A stretch of 64,000 bases of DNA, from NCBI GenBank assembly GCA_003140935.1, contig PLLJ01000052.1, positions 12,642 through 76,641 of the forward strand. Reading direction: 5' to 3'. Positions 49,695 through 59,231 of the stretch are shown here, one piece after another; position 1 is the stretch's first letter, and every line of letters starts with the position of its first letter. The notes beneath the pieces are model-generated. The model made no database searches, was not told the DNA's origin, and worked only from the letters and a program-made list of their open reading frames with translations. The DNA is from Candidatus Omnitrophota bacterium. GTDB lineage: Bacteria; Omnitrophota; Omnitrophia; Omnitrophales; Aquincolibacteriaceae. The translations under genes were made by a program, and so were the position numbers.

Positions 49695-51785
49695 ATGCAG
49701 ATTCAAGAAAATCCAACATCTTTCATGCCTTGCAGCTCTTTGGAGGCCCTTTCTGAGGCCCAAAGTGAGGGGTCTCTCTTAGCGAGTTCCCACAAATACA
49801 AACGCCTCCGTCTCTTTCTGATCAAACCCTCCAAATATGACGATGAGGGGTATGTGATCCGCTATTGGAAAGGCGTTCTTCCCAGCAATACGCTTTCTTG
49901 CTTGAATGGATTAAGCGAAGACGCCCGGAATCGTGGTGTTTTGGGCAAAGACTTGACTTGGGAGATCACTCTCATTGACGATACGGTTCAGGGAATTCCC
50001 TATAAAAAGATCATAAGAAAAAGCCATCAGACCGGGACCAAGACCGTGATCTGTCTTGTGGGGGTCCAATCAAACCAAATGCCGCGGGCCTCGAATATCG
50101 CGATGAAGTTCCGCCAGGCCGGGATCGAAGTTTTGCTGGGTGGTTTTCATGTGAGCGGCGTCATGGCGACTTTGCCCGATCTCTCACCGGAACTCGTGAC
50201 ACTTCGTAATGCGGGCGTGAGCCTCGCGGCGGGCGAAGCCGAAGGAGGGCATTGGGAGCAAATACTAAGCGATGCCATCCAGGACCGGCTCAAACCCGTT
50301 TATAATTTTTTGAATAATATTCCGGATATTTCCAAAGCTCCTTTTCCACGCATCAATCCCAAACATCAGACCCATTACGCGCTGCAGCATTTTGGAACGC
50401 TCGACTGCGGCCGGGGATGTCCCTTCGGTTGCAGCTTCTGCACTGTGATCAATGTCCAAGGGCGCAAGATGCGGTTCCGTGATGTCGATCTTCTGATCGA
50501 CACGGTTCGCGAAGGTTATCGTCGCCACCAGATATCCCATTATTTTTTTACGGACGACAATTTCTGCCGTCATAAGAATTGGGAAACGATTCTTGACCGG
50601 TTGATCGAATTGAAAGAAAAAGAAGGGATTCCGTTCCATTTTATGATGCAGTTGGACACCCAGGCCCACACAGTACCGAATTTTGTGGAAAAGGCCGCCC
50701 GGGCCGGTTGCCGTCAAGTTTTTATCGGGATAGAAAGCTTAAATCAAGAAAATCTCAAAACCGCAAAGAAAAGCCAGAACGACACCGATAATTTTAAAAA
50801 GCTAGTAGACTCTTTCCATGAGGTGGGGATTGTTTGTCACTTAGCCTATATCATCGGGTTTCCTCTGGATACGGTGGCCTCAGTCAAAGAAGATATTGAA
50901 AAATTGATGTCCTTCGGTGCGGGCCAGGCGTCGTTTTTCATGATGACGCCGCTCCCGGGCGCTATGGATTATAAAAATGCTCTTGCTCAGGGGATGTTAC
51001 TGGACGCAGATCTTAATAATTACGACACCTTTCATGAAACGCATCGTCATCCGCGGATGAAACCCGGGGAATGGCTTGCCGCTTATGAAGCCGCCTGGCA
51101 GACCTTTTACAGCACCGAGAATATGAAGAAGATCCTGCACCGGGATCTCAAGGGTGATAATTACTGGGGTATCTTTTCAAACTTTATGTGGTACAAAAAT
51201 TCCATCGATGTGGAAGGCGGGCATCCGATGATCAGCGGTTTTTTTCGTTTAAAAGGACGTTTAGAGCGCCGGACGGGCTACCCGATCGAGGAACGATGGA
51301 TTTATTTTAAACGGAGATTTTGGGATATCCTGCGCAGTATCAAAGGCCGGTGGAAGCTAACGCTTGAGCTTGAAGAGGTTTGGCTCGCAACGCGCCACCG
51401 CGGGCCGCTTGAACAGAAAGTGATCTCTGAGATCGGGCGGCTGACCCAGTGCGCGAAGGAATGGCGGGACCTTCGGACCTCTGAGCTTTTGCACCTCTAC
51501 CAGAAAGCCGCGGCAACGCTTGAGAAAAAGAATATTTACCGGTTCCGGATCCCTTCCCGGTTCCAGATATGGATGAACAAGCTGAACTTTTTCTCGCTTC
51601 GTCTGACTGCCACACGTGAGCCCCTCCAGAGATTTTGGGAGAATGTCAAAATCTCTTGGCGGCGGGGGGATGTGCTGAGGATCAATTATATCCGTGTTTT
51701 TCTTGCGACGATCGAAGAGTCGATCTTGTTTTTCCGATTCATGCTTTCCATGTTCATTTCCGGGATCTATTTGCGGAAGCATTAA
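49695..51785 (+). CDS. B12-binding radical SAM protein with long C-terminal extension
   Basis: LIKPSKYDDEGYVI N-terminus, LGGFHVSG, RGCPFGCSFC, FTDDNF, FIGIES and TPLPG. Confidence 0.9.
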   Translation: MQIQENPTSFMPCSSLEALSEAQSEGSLLASSHKYKRLRLFLIKPSKYDDEGYVIRYWKGVLPSNTLSCLNGLSEDARNRGVLGKDLTWEITLIDDTVQGIPYKKIIRKSHQTGTKTVICLVGVQSNQMPRASNIAMKFRQAGIEVLLGGFHVSGVMATLPDLSPELVTLRNAGVSLAAGEAEGGHWEQILSDAIQDRLKPVYNFLNNIPDISKAPFPRINPKHQTHYALQHFGTLDCGRGCPFGCSFCTVINVQGRKMRFRDVDLLIDTVREGYRRHQISHYFFTDDNFCRHKNWETILDRLIELKEKEGIPFHFMMQLDTQAHTVPNFVEKAARAGCRQVFIGIESLNQENLKTAKKSQNDTDNFKKLVDSFHEVGIVCHLAYIIGFPLDTVASVKEDIEKLMSFGAGQASFFMMTPLPGAMDYKNALAQGMLLDADLNNYDTFHETHRHPRMKPGEWLAAYEAAWQTFYSTENMKKILHRDLKGDNYWGIFSNFMWYKNSIDVEGGHPMISGFFRLKGRLERRTGYPIEERWIYFKRRFWDILRSIKGRWKLTLELEEVWLATRHRGPLEQKVISEIGRLTQCAKEWRDLRTSELLHLYQKAAATLEKKNIYRFRIPSRFQIWMNKLNFFSLRLTATREPLQRFWENVKISWRRGDVLRINYIRVFLATIEESILFFRFMLSMFISGIYLRKH

Positions 51786-51833
51786 AAATATGTTCATGAC
51801 GATGACTCTCTTGAAAGAAAGCGCAAGCCGACC

Positions 51834-53450
51834 GTGAAAGTTTATCTGATCAATCCTCGTTTTCAGCCGACCATATGGTCCTTTGAGGGGCTCCAGCCGC
51901 TCACCGGGACCCGTTTTTCTACCACGCCTCTCGGTCTGGCCACTGTTGCCGCTCTTACACCTCAACCCTGGGAAGTCGAGATCGCCGACGAGAATGTTGA
52001 GGATATTGATTTTGAAAATTCTGCGGACCTGATCGCGATCAGTGCTTTCAATGTTCAATATCATCGAGCGCTCGCGATCATTGCGGAGTTCAAAAAACGC
52101 GGCAAAAAGATCGCGGTAGGCGGGCCTTACAACAGTCTTTTTCCTGAGGCGTTCGAGGGGAAGTGTGACTACCGTATTGTGGGAGAAGCTGAGGAGATCT
52201 GGCCCGAGTTCCTCCGTGATTTTGAGCAGGGGACAGCCAGGGAACTTTACAAGGCCGTTGCCAGGGCGGACATCCGTAAAAGTCCGGTTCCGCGCTACGA
52301 CCTTATCCGTGGGGACCGGTATAATATGTTCTCGCTCCAGACAAGCCGGGGTTGTCCTTTTAACTGCGAATTCTGCGATATTATCGTGATGGACGGGCGT
52401 GTGCCGCGTACGAAGACCATTCCGCAAGTGCTCGCGGAAGTGGACCATTGTGTAAAACAAGGCGCGCATTATATTGTCTTTGGTGACGCGAATTTCATCG
52501 GCAATATTCCGTTCGCCCGGGAACTTCTTACGGCCCTGGCGGATTATTCAAAAAAGAACGGTTACCCCATAGAGTTCTCCTGCGAGTTAACGATCAATGT
52601 GGCTCACCATCCCGATCTTCTGGAATTGCTTCAGGCCGCGAATTTTTACGCGCTTTTTATCGGGATCGAGTCCCCGCGCCGTGCAAGTCTTGTGGAATCG
52701 GGCAAGGTGCAAAACACACGCGAAAATGTCCTGGAAGATATCAAGCGCATCCACTCGTATCACCTGACAGTCGTGGCCGGGATGATCGTGGGGTTCGATG
52801 CGGACGATAAAAATATCTTCAAGGAGACTTTTGATTTCCTGCAAGAACTCGGGATTCCGTTCACGACGTGTGGAACGCTTATGGCGCTTCCCAACACACC
52901 CTTGATCAAGCGGCTTGAAGCGGAGGGCCGTCTCTTGAACCTGGATTGGACTGAGACGAAGGGGCACGGTTCCGCCGACTGCAATTTCATTCCGAAGAAC
53001 ATGACGTCCGAAGAACTTTATCAAGGTTACAACTGGCTGAGTCGATGCCTTTATCGCTATGATACTTACGGGGACCGGCTGGTAACGGCCTTGAGTCGTT
53101 TCAGAAATCTCAACCCGGAGCACAAGCGAGCGTCTCTGGATTTTAAATTTACTTATCTTTTATTCAAACTTTTAGTTTACTATCTTTTAACATTCGATTT
53201 TGAGCGGATGAGATTTTTTTCCGGAACCTTTTGGCGCGTCGCCAAGGGCGGGCCGTTTTCCGTGAGTAAGTGGCTGGAATTTTTCCGTTGGATCGCGACC
53301 CACCGGGCTTTTCGCAAGTATGTGACCGAAACTCAAGGGGTCCCGGAAGGCCAGGATCCGAAGAAGCCGCCTTTTGAAGATGCGGGGGGATCCATGAACA
53401 CAAGCTTCAAACTTGAAAAGACAAAAGAAATCCCAGTGGCAGCATTATGA
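51834..53450 (+). CDS. B12-binding radical SAM protein (HpnP/DUF4070-type architecture)
   Basis: PLGLATVAAL, VGGP, GEAE, QTSRGCPFNCEFC, FIGIES, GMIVGFDAD, ALPNTPL..RL..EGRL and NFIP. Confidence 0.9.
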   Translation: MKVYLINPRFQPTIWSFEGLQPLTGTRFSTTPLGLATVAALTPQPWEVEIADENVEDIDFENSADLIAISAFNVQYHRALAIIAEFKKRGKKIAVGGPYNSLFPEAFEGKCDYRIVGEAEEIWPEFLRDFEQGTARELYKAVARADIRKSPVPRYDLIRGDRYNMFSLQTSRGCPFNCEFCDIIVMDGRVPRTKTIPQVLAEVDHCVKQGAHYIVFGDANFIGNIPFARELLTALADYSKKNGYPIEFSCELTINVAHHPDLLELLQAANFYALFIGIESPRRASLVESGKVQNTRENVLEDIKRIHSYHLTVVAGMIVGFDADDKNIFKETFDFLQELGIPFTTCGTLMALPNTPLIKRLEAEGRLLNLDWTETKGHGSADCNFIPKNMTSEELYQGYNWLSRCLYRYDTYGDRLVTALSRFRNLNPEHKRASLDFKFTYLLFKLLVYYLLTFDFERMRFFSGTFWRVAKGGPFSVSKWLEFFRWIATHRAFRKYVTETQGVPEGQDPKKPPFEDAGGSMNTSFKLEKTKEIPVAAL

Positions 53451-54094
53451 CGAATAAGATCCCTCTCGACAAGCGGGTGTGGCCCGGCGTCATATTTTTG
53501 TGCATTCTCATCGTCGCGGAAAAGGTCTGGCCTGTTCCGTACGCGGCTCCCGTGCTTGTGCTTTTTCTTGTAGCACAGCTTGTTTTTTTTAGAGACCCGC
53601 AACGGGAGCCCCCGAGAGAACAGGGACCTCTTGCGCCTGCGGACGGGACAGTGGTCAAGATCGACGAGATCTTTGAAGATAAGTTCCTTCATGAGCAGGC
53701 GGTGCGTATCCGTATCTTTCTTTCGATCTTCGACGTACATACCACACGCACGCCTTTGGCGGGGATCATCAAATATCAGGATTACGTAAAGGGGAAGTTT
53801 TTAAACGCGCTGCGCAAGGATGCTTTCGACCATAACGAATCCAACTGGATCGGGATCGAAAACCGCGCGCGACGGGTCCTGGTGCGTCAACTGACCGGCG
53901 CGATCGCGCGGCGCATTTACTCCGACGTAACCATCGGACAGGTCATGGGGCGCGGAGAAAAGCTCGGCGTGATCTGTTACGGATCCGGGGTTGAGGTTTC
54001 TATCCCACGGAAGATGTTCCGGGTGGATGTCCGGGTCGGACAACATGTTACCGGCGGAACGACGCTCCTTGGAGCGTGGATCGAGGAGGGCTAA
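53447..54094 (+). CDS. psd: phosphatidylserine decarboxylase proenzyme
   Basis: FFRDPQR, APADG, IFLSIFDVH, GAIARRI and self-cleavage motif YGS. Confidence 0.92.
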   Translation: MTNKIPLDKRVWPGVIFLCILIVAEKVWPVPYAAPVLVLFLVAQLVFFRDPQREPPREQGPLAPADGTVVKIDEIFEDKFLHEQAVRIRIFLSIFDVHTTRTPLAGIIKYQDYVKGKFLNALRKDAFDHNESNWIGIENRARRVLVRQLTGAIARRIYSDVTIGQVMGRGEKLGVICYGSGVEVSIPRKMFRVDVRVGQHVTGGTTLLGAWIEEG

Positions 54095-54098
54095 GAGC

Positions 54099-54842
54099 AT
54101 GAAAAAACGTTTTTATTTTACGACCGCCGCTTTTCCCAACATGATCACAATGCTCAATCTCGTGTCGGGTTTTTTTTCGATCTTGATGAGCATTCAGGAA
54201 AAATATGAATTTGCCGTTTGGCTTGTTTTCCTTTCGCTTATTCTCGATTCCTTGGACGGTCATGTAGCCCGGATCTTCGGAAATGAAACGGAGTTCGGTC
54301 GCGAGCTGGATTCGCTGGCCGATGCGGTCTCTTTTGTGGTGGCTCCCTGCATGCTCGTTTACAAGGCTTTTTCCCACCATTCTCCCATAGCGCTTCTTCT
54401 GGTCATCGTGTTCTATCTTTGCACCGGCATTTTTCGTCTGGCACGGTTTAACGTGAACCCCATCCACGGCGGAGGATGTTTTGAAGGACTCCCGACGCCG
54501 GCTGCAGCCCTGACGCTTATGATGACCATGCTGGCCTTTCACAAGAACCTGTGGGGCGACCGGTCCTTATCTTTGATCAGCGAAGTATTTCTGATGACAG
54601 CGCTTGGCTTTCTCATGGTGAGTGATATTCCTTACCCGAAGGTTTCGGCCATCAAGTTCCGTTCCTGGCGGACTTTGTTCGTCGTGCAGGTGGCTATGTT
54701 TTTCGCGGTCTTTTTCTACCTCAATATCGAAAGCGCCATCGCCGCAATTTTTTTAACATTCATTGTGCTTTCGCCGTTCTACTGCGTGTCATTCCGTAAA
54801 ACCTCGGACGACGATGCCTCGGACGAAGGAGGGTGCGCTTAA
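54099..54842 (+). CDS. pssA: CDP-diacylglycerol--serine O-phosphatidyltransferase
   Basis: PNMIT, DSLDGHVAR, FGRELDSLADAVSF, RLARFN, FEGLPTP and LMVS. Confidence 0.92.
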   Translation: MKKRFYFTTAAFPNMITMLNLVSGFFSILMSIQEKYEFAVWLVFLSLILDSLDGHVARIFGNETEFGRELDSLADAVSFVVAPCMLVYKAFSHHSPIALLLVIVFYLCTGIFRLARFNVNPIHGGGCFEGLPTPAAALTLMMTMLAFHKNLWGDRSLSLISEVFLMTALGFLMVSDIPYPKVSAIKFRSWRTLFVVQVAMFFAVFFYLNIESAIAAIFLTFIVLSPFYCVSFRKTSDDDASDEGGCA

Positions 54843-55459
54843 TGTTGCTCGGGATCCTGGCCGGTTTTCTGGCCTCCTGTTTTGGCTGGCAGATCGATTT
54901 GATCGCGATCCAGCGCGGACTCAAGCGGGGACGCACAGCAGCTTTTTTGGTAGGTTGCGGGGCGGCTCTGGCAGATATCATTTTTCTTTCGATCGGTTTT
55001 ACGGGTACTCAGCCTCTTTTGGACCATCCGGAATGGTGGGGGATCATTCGATGGGTCGGGATCGGGGTGATCCTAACCTTGGCTGCACGTGGTTTTTTTG
55101 TTCATAGCAAACCTCGCAAACGGGACGAGGAGGTTATTAAAAGGAATCCAACCAAAAACTTTCTCGTCGGATTTTTGGTGGTTATCACGAATCCTGTGGT
55201 TTTCCTGATGTGGCTTGCTATTATCGGCTTTCTCAGGACCCATTTTCCCGAGACGCGCACACCATGGTTCAAGGAGCTCTTCCTCGGAGGCTTTCTGATC
55301 GGCTCTGTGCTTTGGTTTTTCCCGCTGGCATTCATTTTCTTAAAGAAATTGAAACGTTGGAGTGAGGAGAATCACTCGTTTCTGTATCGGATTTCTTCCG
55401 GGACGCTCTTATTGGTTGCTCTTTACCTGATCTTTTTTGAAAAATTCAGGTTTTCTTGA
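54842..55459 (+). CDS. LysE-family translocator
   Basis: GLKRGR..A...G.GA.LAD, GFLVVITNP and several TM helices. TAATG overlap with pssA. Confidence 0.8.
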   Translation: MLLGILAGFLASCFGWQIDLIAIQRGLKRGRTAAFLVGCGAALADIIFLSIGFTGTQPLLDHPEWWGIIRWVGIGVILTLAARGFFVHSKPRKRDEEVIKRNPTKNFLVGFLVVITNPVVFLMWLAIIGFLRTHFPETRTPWFKELFLGGFLIGSVLWFFPLAFIFLKKLKRWSEENHSFLYRISSGTLLLVALYLIFFEKFRFS

Positions 55460-55744
55460 TTTTTTTGGTTCAAAGGAGTTGTTTGGCGTTCCCAAGGGAG
55501 GGGAGGGGGGGGGCTTCCCCGGGTGGAAGTGAAAATATCACAAAAAAATTCGCCTATTGCCATGCTACCGTTCTTTTGGTATCATTCAACACCGCATCCC
55601 ATCCGGTCGTGGTGAATACTTGGCAGGGTTTTGGCGCTATTATTTTCTCTATTCGCTTATAATGGTTTTATTCTTGAGCTAGCGCGTGAAAGTAAGAATG
55701 TTTTTTTTGCTGCGTGAAAATGATCCCAAAAAGGGACCGGATCG

Positions 55745-56785
55745 ATGGCCTTGTCGCCTCGCAAGAAAACCAGGGTAGTCAGTCAAGAGCCTCTTAAAAA
55801 GGCGCAAGGCAACACCTCCGCAAAAAAAAATGCGGCCAAGCCGGCCGCATCAGCCATTAAGCGGGTTCCCGTCATCAAACGATCTGCTGCGGTCCTTTCC
55901 CAAAAACATCCTCTGGTGCCTGATACCGAGGCTCGGGTCATGCCTCCGGAAGTCGAAGCGCGGACTTATCAAGAGATGCCGCGTGAACTTCCGGACAACT
56001 ATGGCGACAATCAGATCTATCTTCTTGTTCGAGATCCGTACTGGATCTATGCCTACTGGGAGATCCAGGAGGGTCACCAGCGGCATCATCTTGCGGAACT
56101 CGGTGGAAGTTGGGAGAGTGTCGTCTCGGTGCTTCGTGTCTATGATGTTACGGAAGAAGGCAAGACGCCTTCCTTTTCTGATATCGTACTCCAGAATATG
56201 GTGAGATCTTGGTATCTCAACACCCAGCCGAACCGCAGTTATTTCGTCGAGATCGGCCTCCTGCACCGTGACGGTCGATTCATCTGTCTTGCCCGCTCCA
56301 ATCATGTGACTACGCCAAGGTCCGGGATGTCCGAGATCATCGACGATCAGTGGATGTCGATCGATTTTGACAAGATGTATGCCCTTTCGGGGGGGTTCCA
56401 GGTCGGCAAAAGTTCTGCCGAACTCCGCAAACTCATGGAAGAACGCTTGAAAAATGCGATCACATCAGGCTCCGGGGCCGGTGCCGTTTCTAGTCTTGCC
56501 AGTCCGGTCAGGATCAAACAGCGTGGTTTTCATTTCTGGCTTGAATGCGAGCTTATCATCTATGGTGGCACAGAGCCTGATGCCAAGGTCACCATGCAGG
56601 GAAGACCCGTTCAGCTAAGGCCGGACGGCACCTTCACGCTTCGCTACGGGCTTCCGGACGGAAAATTCATCTTTGACTGCCATGCCCAATCGTCGGACGG
56701 CGTCGAGGAAAGGGTAATTACCCCGATCGTGAGTCGCAATACAGAAAGGCCCGCGCCTGTCATTAAGGCAGGAAAGCACCCGTAA
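55745..56785 (+). CDS. DUF4912 domain protein
   Basis: LP..YG...I.LLVRDPYW.YAYW, LRVYDVT, LARSN.V.TP and ELIIYGGTEPDA.V. Confidence 0.85.
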   Translation: MALSPRKKTRVVSQEPLKKAQGNTSAKKNAAKPAASAIKRVPVIKRSAAVLSQKHPLVPDTEARVMPPEVEARTYQEMPRELPDNYGDNQIYLLVRDPYWIYAYWEIQEGHQRHHLAELGGSWESVVSVLRVYDVTEEGKTPSFSDIVLQNMVRSWYLNTQPNRSYFVEIGLLHRDGRFICLARSNHVTTPRSGMSEIIDDQWMSIDFDKMYALSGGFQVGKSSAELRKLMEERLKNAITSGSGAGAVSSLASPVRIKQRGFHFWLECELIIYGGTEPDAKVTMQGRPVQLRPDGTFTLRYGLPDGKFIFDCHAQSSDGVEERVITPIVSRNTERPAPVIKAGKHP

Positions 56786-56787
56786 CT

Positions 56788-58365
56788 ATGGAAAAAGGTT
56801 TTCTTTCCATAGTGCTTCACGCGCATCTGCCGTTCATCCGCCATCCTGAACACGAATATTTCCTGGAAGAGGCCTGGCTTTACGAGGCCATCACTGAGAC
56901 CTACATTCCCCTCATCCACATGTTCGAAGGTCTGGAGCGGGACCGCGTTCCTTGGCGGCTCACGATGTCCCTGACGCCTTCGCTGATGTCCATGATGCAA
57001 GACGAGCTTTTACAGAATCGCTATCTGCGGCATCTGGACAAGATGATCGAATTGGCCAATAAAGAGATCGATCGCACGCGCTTCCAGCCGGAGTTCCATG
57101 AAACGGCGCTTCATTATTACTGGGAATTCACACGCGCAAAAGATACCTTTTTGAACCGCTATCACAAGGACCTTACGCAGGCTTTCCGGAAATTCCAGGA
57201 TCACGGGCATCTCGAGATCATGACCTGCGCAGCCACCCATGGATTTCTTCCCTTGATCAACCGTAACGAAGGGACCGTCCGTGGTCAGATCAAAACCGCG
57301 ACGGAACTTTATGAAAAAGTGCTCGGTCGTCGTCCGATCGGCATTTGGCTTCCCGAATGCGGTTATTACCCGGGTGTGGATAAATACTTAAAAGAGCAAG
57401 GCATCCGCTATTTTCTGACCGATACGCACGGCATTCTTCACGCCTCACCGCGTCCCAAATACGGAGTTTTCGCGCCGATCTTCTGTCCGAGCGGTGTCGC
57501 CGCGTTCGGCCGTGACGTGGAGTCTTCCAAACAGGTCTGGTCGGCCATTGAAGGATATCCGGGTGATCCGGATTATCGCGAATTTTATCGCGATATCGGT
57601 TTCGAACTGGATTTTGATTATATCCGGCCCTATATTTCTCCCGATGGTTTGCGTGTTAACACCGGCATCAAATATCACCGCATTACGGGCAATACGGAGG
57701 AAAAAAAGCCGTACGTACGCGGCTGGGCTATACAAAAGGCCGCAAATCATGCCGCGAATTTTATGTTTAATCGCGAAAAACAGGCTGAATATCTTTATGA
57801 TTTTATGGGCCGGAAGCCTCTCATCGTAGCTCCTTATGACGCGGAGCTTTACGGACATTGGTGGTATGAGGGTCCGGATTTCCTGAATTTTTTTGTGCGT
57901 AAGACCACTTTTGATCAGAAGACGTTCCGTTTGATCGCGCCCTCGGATTATTTCAAAGAGTATCCTGTCAATCAGGTTTCCACGCCATGTTTTTCAAGCT
58001 GGGGCTGGAAGGGGTACAGCGAGACCTGGCTTTCCGGAGCCAACGACTGGATTTATCGTCATCTTCACAAGGCGTCGTTGCGTATGAGCGAGATGGCCCA
58101 AAAATTCCGTGGACAGAACGGAATGGTCGGCCGAGCGCTCAAACAGGCCGCGCGCGAGCTCTTTCTTGCGCAATCAAGTGACTGGGCTTTTATTCTGCAT
58201 ACCGGCACGGTGGTTCCGTATGCCGTGAAACGCACGAAAGAGCACCTCCTCAATTTTACGAGGATCTATGAGGAACTCATGAACAACCGTCTTGATGAGG
58301 GTTGGCTCAAGGAGCTGGAAGGGAAGGACAATATTTTTCCGGATGTGGACCAGGATGTTTTTTAG
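56788..58365 (+). CDS. GH57 glucan branching enzyme (DUF1957 type)
   Basis: LHAHLPF, ETYIPL, ATHGFLP, WLPECGY, YREFYRDIG, DAELYGHWWYEG and QSSDWAFI. Confidence 0.93.
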   Translation: MEKGFLSIVLHAHLPFIRHPEHEYFLEEAWLYEAITETYIPLIHMFEGLERDRVPWRLTMSLTPSLMSMMQDELLQNRYLRHLDKMIELANKEIDRTRFQPEFHETALHYYWEFTRAKDTFLNRYHKDLTQAFRKFQDHGHLEIMTCAATHGFLPLINRNEGTVRGQIKTATELYEKVLGRRPIGIWLPECGYYPGVDKYLKEQGIRYFLTDTHGILHASPRPKYGVFAPIFCPSGVAAFGRDVESSKQVWSAIEGYPGDPDYREFYRDIGFELDFDYIRPYISPDGLRVNTGIKYHRITGNTEEKKPYVRGWAIQKAANHAANFMFNREKQAEYLYDFMGRKPLIVAPYDAELYGHWWYEGPDFLNFFVRKTTFDQKTFRLIAPSDYFKEYPVNQVSTPCFSSWGWKGYSETWLSGANDWIYRHLHKASLRMSEMAQKFRGQNGMVGRALKQAARELFLAQSSDWAFILHTGTVVPYAVKRTKEHLLNFTRIYEELMNNRLDEGWLKELEGKDNIFPDVDQDVF

Positions 58366-58401
58366 GATTTTCTATTTACATCATTCTAAATCAAAAAGGG
58401 G

Positions 58402-58620
58402 ATGAACATGCAGGAACAATATTACGGAATCGGCGAAACAGCAGGGAAGATCTATAAAACATTGGAGCGTAAAGGGGAAATGACTTTAGCGAAGCTCCTC
58501 AAAGAGGTCGGAACGGATGAAGCCCTTTTCAACCAGGCCATCGGATGGCTTGCTCGTGAGAATAACATCAACTTTGGAAAGATCGGCCGGATCGTCAAGG
58601 TATCTCTCTTGAAGGGCTGA
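58402..58620 (+). CDS. small winged-helix protein (DUF2582-like)
   Basis: IGETAGKIY..L and AIGWLAREN.I. Confidence 0.85.
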   Translation: MNMQEQYYGIGETAGKIYKTLERKGEMTLAKLLKEVGTDEALFNQAIGWLARENNINFGKIGRIVKVSLLKG

Positions 58621-58650
58621 GCTCCTGAATAGCAATAAGCACGCTTTCCA

Positions 58651-58686
58651 AGGCGTGGGCCGGTTCTGCCGCCCCACGCCTTTTTT
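58651..58686 (+). terminator. rho-independent terminator
   Basis: AGGCGTGGG...CCCACGCCT plus a T-run. Confidence 0.8.
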
Positions 58687-58924
58687 GTCCCACAGCTTGG
58701 CTGGTTCCTGCGCTTGCTTTTTTCTCCCGAGTCATTTTTTAAGCAGTGCTTCTGACGCCTAAAGTCTTTTTGATTTTCCATCGATATTAGGTATACAATA
58801 GTCATGGAATTGTGCTGTGCTTTTAACATCGCCTGATTATCGATTTTAAAAAGCAATTGGAAATCAAAGCTGTTCAAGTCGCCGTCCATAAAAATCATAA
58901 AGACTTGGACGAGGGTGAAAAGCC

Positions 58925-59188
58925 ATGGTCACTTTCCGCTCGGTTCTTTGTCGATGGATGTTTGCGGGGGCAGTCTTCTGCGGGAGTTTTGCTTCCTTGG
59001 GCGCTGTTTTTGCTCCTCTTAGTTCCCCTTTCCAAAGGTTTCCCGATCCTATGCGTTTGGGTCCTTCCGTGGAGTTGGGGATTCTTTCCGGTTCGGTGGA
59101 GGCAAAACCTTCTTCCCGTCATGCTATGATCTTAAGTCGCTTGGAAGAGCTCGTCCTTACTCAGCGCGCGATCTCTGCTTCCGTTTAA
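58925..59188 (+). CDS. possible small exported hypothetical protein
   Basis: GAGGG SD about 9 nt upstream and a hydrophobic N-terminus. Competing overlapping ORFs exist. Confidence 0.3.
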   Translation: MVTFRSVLCRWMFAGAVFCGSFASLGAVFAPLSSPFQRFPDPMRLGPSVELGILSGSVEAKPSSRHAMILSRLEELVLTQRAISASV

Positions 59189-59231
59189 GATTCGCTGGAA
59201 TTTTCCTCAAAAAAAGCCATAATGACGCACT

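Noticed and set aside
51357-52469. 370-aa minus-strand ORF
   Set aside because: Antisense to two well-supported radical SAM genes.
58857-59129. Alternative overlapping ORFs (58857+ and 58895-)
   Set aside because: No SD or motifs. The 58925 frame has the better start context, and even that call is weak.
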